Part shown: positions 50,895-57,019 of the stretch, in pieces
How the letters are laid out: the number at the start of each line of letters is the position of its first letter
How positions within the stretch are numbered: position 1 is the stretch's first letter
Assembly: GCA_964352335.1 (NCBI GenBank)
Contig: CAYGRO010000006.1
Location: forward strand, 4,903 to 61,921
Length of the DNA: 57,019 bases
Direction of reading: 5' to 3'
Source of the DNA: an uncultured Gammaproteobacteria bacterium
GTDB lineage: Bacteria > Patescibacteriota > Patescibacteriia > VMEV01 > CAYQCH01
The notes under the pieces: generated by a model
What the model saw: only the letters and a program-made list of their open reading frames with translations
Told to the model about the DNA's origin: nothing
The model's database searches: none
Translations under genes and position numbers: made by a program

Positions 50895-52085
50895 ATGAAG
50901 CTTACTGAAGCAGAAGGGAAAACTTTTTTAAACGAATATGGAATTAACACTCCTTTATTTTTTTTAGTAACTAAAGATCAAGATCTTCCAGACTCAATTT
51001 TATTCCCTGTTGTTATGAAAGCACAAACACTGGTTGGAGGAAGAGGGAAAGCAGGTTTAGTAAAAGAATCTGCTGATAGAAATGAACTGGCTATTGGGCT
51101 TAAAACTATTTGGGAAGGGAATTATGAAAAAAGACCATTTTCTGAAATCCTTATTGAGCCCAAAGTAACTTCAGCAAGAGAATACTATCTTGCTTGTACC
51201 TATGATCAAACAGTAAGAGGGCCAGTTATCATTTTTTCAAAATTTGGTGGGATGGATATTGAGCTTGTTGCCAAAAGACAGTCAGACGCGGTGATAAAAG
51301 AGCCGGTTGATGTATTACATGGATTACAAAACTTTGATTTTAACAAAGTATTTGAACAAGCAGAGCTAAAAGAAGAGCTCTATGACCAAATGAAAGCCAT
51401 CATTGAAAAGCTCTACAATTGTTTCTTAAAAACGGATGCAGAGCTTATAGAAATCAATCCATTAATCGAAACAGAAGACGGTGAGCTCATAGCCGCTGAT
51501 TGCAAAATGACCCTAGATGATTCTGCAATGTATAGACATGAATTTACGATTCCTCAGCGAACAGGAGCGAGAGAATTAACTCAAATGGAAATCAAAGCCA
51601 GAGAAATAGATGCAAGAAGTCATCGGGGGGTTGTAGGAAGAAGTATGTTAGAACTAGATGGCGATATTGCTTTTATGTCTTCAGGCGGAGGAGCAAGCAT
51701 TACTTGTTTAGATGCTCTTATGTCTTATGGTGGTAGACCCGCAAATTTTGTTGAATATAGTGGAAATCCAGAAAGAGAAGATGTAAAAGACTTAACAAAG
51801 CTTGTCTTAAGTAAAAAAGAGTTACGTGCTTTGTGGGTGGTTGGTCCAACCGCAAACTTTACGGATATTTACGAAACATTGGGTGGGGTTTTAGAAGCTT
51901 TACAAGAAATACAGCCTCAATTTCCTATACTTATTAGACGTGCAGGCCCAAGAGATGACGAAGCAAAATCTGCAATTGAACAGTTGCAAAAAGAATCAAA
52001 CTTAGACATTACATTTTACGGAGAAGAAATTTCAATGACAGAAAGCGCCAAACTACTTATAGATAAAATAGGTGTAGAAAATTAG
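50895..52085 (+). CDS. ATP-citrate lyase beta / citryl-CoA synthetase large subunit (ATP-grasp plus citrate-binding domain)
   Basis: GGRGKAG and EINPL (ATP-grasp). GGGAS, ANFVEYSGNP and ANFT match ACL citrate-binding motifs rather than the SucC NGAGL motif. Confidence 0.85.
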   Translation: MKLTEAEGKTFLNEYGINTPLFFLVTKDQDLPDSILFPVVMKAQTLVGGRGKAGLVKESADRNELAIGLKTIWEGNYEKRPFSEILIEPKVTSAREYYLACTYDQTVRGPVIIFSKFGGMDIELVAKRQSDAVIKEPVDVLHGLQNFDFNKVFEQAELKEELYDQMKAIIEKLYNCFLKTDAELIEINPLIETEDGELIAADCKMTLDDSAMYRHEFTIPQRTGARELTQMEIKAREIDARSHRGVVGRSMLELDGDIAFMSSGGGASITCLDALMSYGGRPANFVEYSGNPEREDVKDLTKLVLSKKELRALWVVGPTANFTDIYETLGGVLEALQEIQPQFPILIRRAGPRDDEAKSAIEQLQKESNLDITFYGEEISMTESAKLLIDKIGVEN

Positions 52086-52092
52086 TTTCTCC

Positions 52093-52242
52093 CTTACCGC
52101 CCCCCCAATCCCTCTGCTAGCTTTCGGCCATGAGCTCAAGCCGAATGGGAGGAGGGGGAGGCGTTTAAGACTGGTTTCGCTCCCCTCCTTCTAGCTCTCG
52201 GCCATGAGCTCGAGCCGAATGGGAGGGGTTGGGGGCGGTAAA
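52093..52242. repeat. TTACCGCCCCC-family REP-like palindrome with two nested 28-bp inserts
   Basis: Same arms as 24167, with inserts at 52121-52148 and 52195-52222. Confidence 0.9.
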
Positions 52243-52268
52243 GGATAACCAAGATTAATAAAAAATAT

Positions 52269-52727
52269 ATGATCATAAAAGCAATTATTTTTGATTTTAA
52301 TGGGACTTTATTTCATACAATTTCTCAATTAGCCCCTGGCGCAGAAGAGCTATTTGCCTTTTGTAAAGAAAAGAATATCCGGATGGCTGCTATAACCGCT
52401 GGTGTATATGACCAAACGGTGATTCATCATTTAGGTTTAGATACCGCAATGGAAAAAATTGAAATTGTACAAGAAAACGGAAAAACCCCAGATGCCTTTA
52501 GAAAAATGATCGAAGAATTAGGTTTAGATATTGGCGAAGTTATTGCAATTGGGGACTTAAAAGGGAAAGAAATTCGTTGTATGAATATGATTGGTGGAAA
52601 AACAATTTGGATTCATAATGGTAGACCAGGTTCTCCATCTTTAAACCCAGATGAACATCCAGATTTTTCAGTTACCAATTTAAAAGAAGCTCAAGCTGTT
52701 TTAGTGGATTTATTGAAGGAAGAATAA
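52269..52727 (+). CDS. Small HAD-family hydrolase
   Basis: IIFDFNGTL (DxN variant), K-x-P and IGD motifs. Confidence 0.82.
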   Translation: MIIKAIIFDFNGTLFHTISQLAPGAEELFAFCKEKNIRMAAITAGVYDQTVIHHLGLDTAMEKIEIVQENGKTPDAFRKMIEELGLDIGEVIAIGDLKGKEIRCMNMIGGKTIWIHNGRPGSPSLNPDEHPDFSVTNLKEAQAVLVDLLKEE

Positions 52728-52729
52728 CT

Positions 52730-53614
52730 ATGTCTATTTTGATTGATGAAAATACAACTTACTTAATCCAAGGAATTACGGGAAAAGAAGGCCAAAGAGC
52801 TACCAAGTTTATGCTCGGAGGAGGAAGCAAAATTATTGGTGGTGTGCGACCTGGAAAAGCGGGCGAACTTGTAGAAGGCATTCCTGTTTTTGATACTGTT
52901 CAAGCTATTATGAACGAGCAAGCTGTAGATGTCTCTGTTATTGCAGTTCCTCCAAAATTTGTAAAAGATGCCGCAATAGAGGCAATAGATGCAGGTGTGA
53001 AACTCATTGTTCCAATTGCTGAAGGAGTCCCGATTGCAGATGTCGTTTGGTTAAAAGCTTATGCAGAATCAAAAGGTGCTCGCATGATCGGACCTAATAC
53101 TGTTGGAATTATTTCTCCAGGGAAGTCAAAAGCAGGGGTTATCGGTGGTATCGATAATCGAGCTTATTCACCTGGTTCTATTGGAGTGATCTCTAAAAGT
53201 GGTGGGATGTCTAGCGAAACAGCACGTTTATTAACTCAAGCTGGTTTAGGGCAATCTACGGTTATCAATATTGGTGGTGATAAAATAATTGGAACAGATT
53301 ATGTTGATGCTTTAAAAGAGTTTTCAAAAGACGATGAAACAAAAGTGCTGGTCCTTTTTGGTGAGATTGGTGGAATCTACGAAGAATTAGCTGCTGAATA
53401 TATTGCTTCATCTAAATTTACAAAACCAGTGATTGCTTTTATTTCTGGGAAATTTGCAGAAAGATGGAAAGGGGTCTCATTGGGGCATGCCGGTGCAATT
53501 ATCGAAGGAAATAAGGGAACAAGAAATAGTAAGGTAAAAGCATTGGAATCCGCTGGAGTACTAGTTGTCGACATTCACCATGAATTGGTAGATGCAGTTA
53601 AATCCGTTCTCTAG
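52730..53614 (+). CDS. SucD-like CoA-binding/phospho-His subunit (citryl-CoA synthetase small subunit)
   Basis: IQGITGKEG, IGPNTVG, SKSGG, GEIGG and LGHAGAII motifs. Confidence 0.88.
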   Translation: MSILIDENTTYLIQGITGKEGQRATKFMLGGGSKIIGGVRPGKAGELVEGIPVFDTVQAIMNEQAVDVSVIAVPPKFVKDAAIEAIDAGVKLIVPIAEGVPIADVVWLKAYAESKGARMIGPNTVGIISPGKSKAGVIGGIDNRAYSPGSIGVISKSGGMSSETARLLTQAGLGQSTVINIGGDKIIGTDYVDALKEFSKDDETKVLVLFGEIGGIYEELAAEYIASSKFTKPVIAFISGKFAERWKGVSLGHAGAIIEGNKGTRNSKVKALESAGVLVVDIHHELVDAVKSVL

Positions 53615-53645
53615 TTTTTTTCATAAAATGAAAGCACCACGGTTG

Positions 53646-54059
53646 TTAAGCGTGGTGCTGGTTGAGCCACCCAGTGATTTCTCCTAGGTGAACTACGAAT
53701 GCTCCTTCAAGGTCAATGAGACGATTGGCCTCATCTTCCTCGAGATGATGGTCTTGGAGAACTCGTAGCAGGACTTCGCTACGAGCCTTTCTGAGAACGA
53801 TGTAGATCCCACTTGGGATTGATTTGTCTTCCTTTCGGGAGTAAATCAAGTGGTCGAACATTTCGTCGACAACCCCGCTGGGAACTGGTGCTTCTGAGAT
53901 CTGTTCGAGCCACCAGCAGAAGAACCGAATCAGGCGGATCGGTGACAACTGATCTGCAAGGTACATCGTCTCTTCTAGCCTTGCAATCAGGTTTTGGTCT
54001 GTGTCTTGCCAGGCTTCTTGTGCGTTTTTGTAGAGTTTTTTGTCGTTATTTCCGGTCAT
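53646..54059 (-). CDS. Orphan helical hypothetical protein
   Basis: GAGGGGG SD; GC-richer; hairpin AGCACCACG/CGTGGTGCT over the stop; antisense to the surrounding cluster. Confidence 0.7.
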   Translation of the reverse strand: MTGNNDKKLYKNAQEAWQDTDQNLIARLEETMYLADQLSPIRLIRFFCWWLEQISEAPVPSGVVDEMFDHLIYSRKEDKSIPSGIYIVLRKARSEVLLRVLQDHHLEEDEANRLIDLEGAFVVHLGEITGWLNQHHA

Positions 54060-54147
54060 GTCCCCCTCTTTCTGGACAGAATGGTTTATGCACCTTAAGA
54101 TGCAATTAATCCTATCTTATTGATATTAATCATATTTAGCAAGCCAT

Positions 54148-54819
54148 ATGAACTCCTTTCAAATTCATGATCATTCAATTGAAGATCTCATTTCTCGACT
54201 AAGTTTTACACAAACATTGTATTATCTTTGGACAAATCGAATGCCAACTGAAGCTCAAGATACATTGCTTCAAGCTTGTCTCGTCGCAGTTATTGATCAT
54301 GGTCCAGAAGCACTTTCTTCTAAAACTGCTCGGATGGCAGCTTCTGGTGGGGCAGAAATGAACGCAGCTTTAGCTGCTGGAGCATTGTCTGCTGCCAAGC
54401 ATCATGGAACATTACCAATTCGAAATGCTGCCCAAATCATTAAAGACGGAGTAGATAATGGAGTTTCTGCAAGCGATTTAGTGGCACAAAAATTACAAGC
54501 AAAAGAACGAATCCCTGGGTTTGGACATCGAGTTTATGAAACAGATCCAAGAACTCAAGCATTATTACGAAAAGCAGAAGAACTTGGTTTAAAAGACCAA
54601 TATATAAATTATGCTTTAGAAATAGAAAGTGAATTAGAAAAGCAAAAAGGAAAAAAACTTTGTTTAAATGTAGATGGTGCGATTGCGAGTTTATTACCAG
54701 CCTTAGAATTACCACCTGAATTAGCGCAATCACTTTTTCTCATTGGGCGTCTACCAGGAATGGCATATCATATTGCAAATGAACTAAAAGAAAAGCCTGC
54801 GAGTATGCGAAAGAAGTAG
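54148..54819 (+). CDS. Citryl-CoA lyase (citrate synthase-like fold)
   Basis: 223 aa; DHG, HHG, IPGFGHRVY..DPR and LNVDGAIA motifs. Confidence 0.88.
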   Translation: MNSFQIHDHSIEDLISRLSFTQTLYYLWTNRMPTEAQDTLLQACLVAVIDHGPEALSSKTARMAASGGAEMNAALAAGALSAAKHHGTLPIRNAAQIIKDGVDNGVSASDLVAQKLQAKERIPGFGHRVYETDPRTQALLRKAEELGLKDQYINYALEIESELEKQKGKKLCLNVDGAIASLLPALELPPELAQSLFLIGRLPGMAYHIANELKEKPASMRKK

Positions 54820-54918
54820 TTGGAAACTTGCAAAACAATAAAATCACTAAAACACTGAAGCACAGAATGATTGAGCCTTTGAAAAAATAAACTCTGTAAA
54901 AAAGCGAAAGCCGTCGAC

Positions 54919-55167
54919 CTAATGAAAGATGACGGCTTTTTGGTTGAGGTGGTTTTGCAATACTGGCTTTCTTCGGGAGCTGTTGCGCTGTCGACTGGGT
55001 GTGCGCGCACCAGATTTTCTTCTATTGCGAGAAGTCAGGGCGATGAAGCCGTGGCCAGCAATGAAGAGAGTTCCGAAGAGGAAAATACCAAATAGCCAAA
55101 TGGCTATGACAATCATGCCGATGAATGCCATCGCAATCCCCAACATATAGGACAGGATTTCTCTCAT
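54919..55167 (-). CDS. Small membrane protein with a basic tail
   Basis: AAGGAG SD; long hydrophobic N-terminus; R/K-rich C-terminus. Confidence 0.62.
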   Translation of the reverse strand: MREILSYMLGIAMAFIGMIVIAIWLFGIFLFGTLFIAGHGFIALTSRNRRKSGARTPSRQRNSSRRKPVLQNHLNQKAVIFH

Positions 55168-55295
55168 TTTTTGTCTCCTTCCCTGTTCTCTCTATAGCTT
55201 TACATAGGAAGGATTGATTTGGCAAATAAAATGCAAAGAGCTCTAGAAAACGGCTGATGAAGAGGTTTCGTACCTCGTCGGCTATTTTCTAGAGC

Positions 55296-55481
55296 TCAAT
55301 TGTCGACCCTACCCCAGCGTTCGCTGACCCAGTAGATCAAGGGGAGAATCGGGCTAAACGGGGCGATCATTCTCATCCCGCTCCACCCTAATTCGTAGTA
55401 GGTAATACCGATTAGAACGATTCCAACCAGCACAATACTTGCAATACACCCCATTCCAGAGGGGTCTTCAATGTCTTCCAT
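55296..55481 (-). CDS. Small two-TM protein
   Basis: GGAG SD; two hydrophobic stretches; hairpin GAGCTCTAGAAAA/TTTTCTAGAGCTC directly downstream. Confidence 0.62.
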   Translation of the reverse strand: MEDIEDPSGMGCIASIVLVGIVLIGITYYELGWSGMRMIAPFSPILPLIYWVSERWGRVDN

Positions 55482-55617
55482 TTTGACTCCATAGTTTGGG
55501 ATTGGGGAAGAGATACATTCTCATAAAAACAGAAAAACTTCAAGGTTTGTGGTGAATACATTGACAAATGGGTTCTATAATGATTTGCTTAATACAGAGG
55601 GAGTCAGGAGGAGGTGC

Positions 55618-55797
55618 ATGCTTGCTGACATTTGTTTTGGATTTGGTCTTTTGGTTGCCATTGGGCTAATCCGAGTGTTTTCAGGGGGGGAGAACCCCCC
55701 AAGAGTAAATCCTGGGCTCGAAACGAAGAAGTGGCGAAAAAGTGAACGGCTGTACAATTCCTTCTCGGATGAGTACAACGACCGAACAGGCGCGTGA
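55618..55797 (+). CDS. 59-aa single-TM small protein
   Basis: AGGAGGAGG SD before ATG at 55618; MLADICFGFGLLVAIGLIRVF...; hairpin GAAGCGCA/TGCGCTTC downstream. Confidence 0.65.
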   Translation: MLADICFGFGLLVAIGLIRVFSGGENPPRVNPGLETKKWRKSERLYNSFSDEYNDRTGA

Positions 55798-55900
55798 GGT
55801 CGAAATCTGGGAAGCGCATTTACGTCTCAACGTGAGTGCGCTTCTACCTTTTAGCAATCTTTATAACATGTTAGTATGGGCTTATTAAAGCCTTTTTATT

Positions 55901-56521
55901 ATGTCTAGTTTTCAAACAATTTTCCCACATATTCCGGGTGATTTTCCGTTTAAATTACCTAAATTAGAATGGGAAATACAAGAACAAGTTGGTGAGGGGA
56001 CAGAAATTGGACAATATGTTGTGATTGAAGAGAATGTACAAATTGGAAAAAATTGTCTAATTCGTTCCCATGTTTTATTAAGAAGCGGAACCGTTATTGG
56101 TGACAATTGTGTTATTGGTCATGGGTCAGAAATAAAAAACACTTATATTTGTGATGAAGCTAAAATAGGAAGCCATTGTTTTGTTGGTGATTCGATTATT
56201 GGAAAAGGAGCACGGATTGGTTCGGGAACCATTACAGGGAATAGACGATTTGATCAAAAACCAATTGATTGGTTAACAAATGAAGGTAAGGTTGCGTCAA
56301 CAAAAGATAAATTAGGTTTATTGTTAGGAGATTATGCCCGCCTTGGCGCACATGTCACAACAAACCCTGGTGTGATTATTGGCGCGTATACTTGGGTAAG
56401 CGGTGGAGAAGTTGTTTCTCAGCATATTCCAGAAAAAACTTTTGTAAAAATTGGAGGAGACATAGTAGAAAATAAACAGACCATGGATTTATCAAGCCAA
56501 GATATGAAGAGAGAAAGATAA
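55901..56521 (+). CDS. Left-handed beta-helix acetyltransferase resembling the C-terminal domain of archaeal-type GlmU
   Basis: Hexapeptide repeats; IGHGSEIKN, HCFVGDSIIG, GSGTITGNRRFD and KLGLLLGD..RLG...NPG. Confidence 0.82.
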   Translation: MSSFQTIFPHIPGDFPFKLPKLEWEIQEQVGEGTEIGQYVVIEENVQIGKNCLIRSHVLLRSGTVIGDNCVIGHGSEIKNTYICDEAKIGSHCFVGDSIIGKGARIGSGTITGNRRFDQKPIDWLTNEGKVASTKDKLGLLLGDYARLGAHVTTNPGVIIGAYTWVSGGEVVSQHIPEKTFVKIGGDIVENKQTMDLSSQDMKRER

Positions 56522-56613
56522 AAGCTATTATGAATTATTTAGAAATCCAATTACAATACGATCATTATGTAGAGTATTGTATTCCTAAATCATAGTTTTG
56601 TGTTAATTATATA

Positions 56614-56681
56614 CCTCCTCCCCTTGTCTTTCGACCCCGAGCTCAAGACCCGAGGGGAAAAGGGGGAGGTCGGGAGGGGGT
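56614..56681. repeat. Half REP-like palindrome with a related nested insert
   Basis: CCTCCCCTTGT-[CTTTCGACCCCGAGCTCAAGACCCGAGGGG]-AAAAGGGGGAGG. Confidence 0.6.
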
Positions 56682-56813
56682 ATAGTGATTAACAAAATAA
56701 ATTAATTCAATCAAAAAACCCTACGACAAGCGAAGGGTTTTTTGTTTTTCCGACCGGAAAAGGGTCGTAGATACGCCTTTTCCTACCCTCAGAAACTGAG
56801 AGATAAGAAGAGG

Positions 56814-56948
56814 TTATCGTTTTTTTCGCTTAGCAGCTTTTTTCTTAGGCGCAGCTTTCTTTTTAGCTGGCTTACGTTTAGCAGCTTTTTTAGGAGCGGC
56901 TTTACGTTTAGATGCTTTAATTTTAATAGATCTAACATCCTTACTTTG
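56814..56948 (-). CDS. Histone H1-like Lys/Ala/Pro-rich peptide; no ATG/GTG/TTG start in frame
   Basis: Open frame ...IKIKASKRKAAPKKAAKRKPAKKKAAPKKKAAKRKKR* bounded upstream by TGA at 56949-56951; terminator at 56713-56743. Confidence 0.55.
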   Translation of the reverse strand, partial: QSKDVRSIKIKASKRKAAPKKAAKRKPAKKKAAPKKKAAKRKKR

Positions 56949-57019
56949 TCAGATGACAAAAGTATTTTTTAAATATCTATGAAAAAATAATTTTTATAAT
57001 CTAAAATATTTTTTATTAT

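Noticed and set aside
50895-53614. Succinyl-CoA synthetase sucCD
   Set aside because: The beta subunit has ACL-type GGGAS/EYSG/ANFT motifs, and a citryl-CoA lyase gene is adjacent.

Overview
Chromosomal segment of an AT-rich bacterium read with the standard code. Gene content and style point to Patescibacteria/CPR (Parcubacteria-like); this is inferred, not measured. Housekeeping and envelope genes include two GT4s, a flippase, a SpoIID-domain protein, holA, rpsT, a lamin-tail surface protein, TraR/DksA, lspA, a Ca/Na antiporter, ComM/YifB, a LysM-M23 peptidase, an ABC exporter, leuS, NUDIX, FemABX and rsmA. The window also holds a 2433-aa Cys-rich surface protein, tRNA-Leu(TAG), and a 23S-5S operon with no 16S; the 23S carries an ORF-less group I intron at L1951 and two REP-cored hairpin insertions. 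A TrmB-led cluster joins a split GlmU, glmS and YvcK to a three-piece ATP-citrate lyase. The least explained signals are three long, densely base-paired non-coding RNA candidates (about 11990-12665, 49390-49885 and 23550-23930). The third leads a 2.5-kb GC-rich transcription unit in which orphan ORFs alternate with hairpin arrays. Orphan solo genes carry strong Shine-Dalgarno sites that the core genes inspected lack, and several REP-like families occur, one nested inside another. All structure calls were made by eye; no folding or database search was run.
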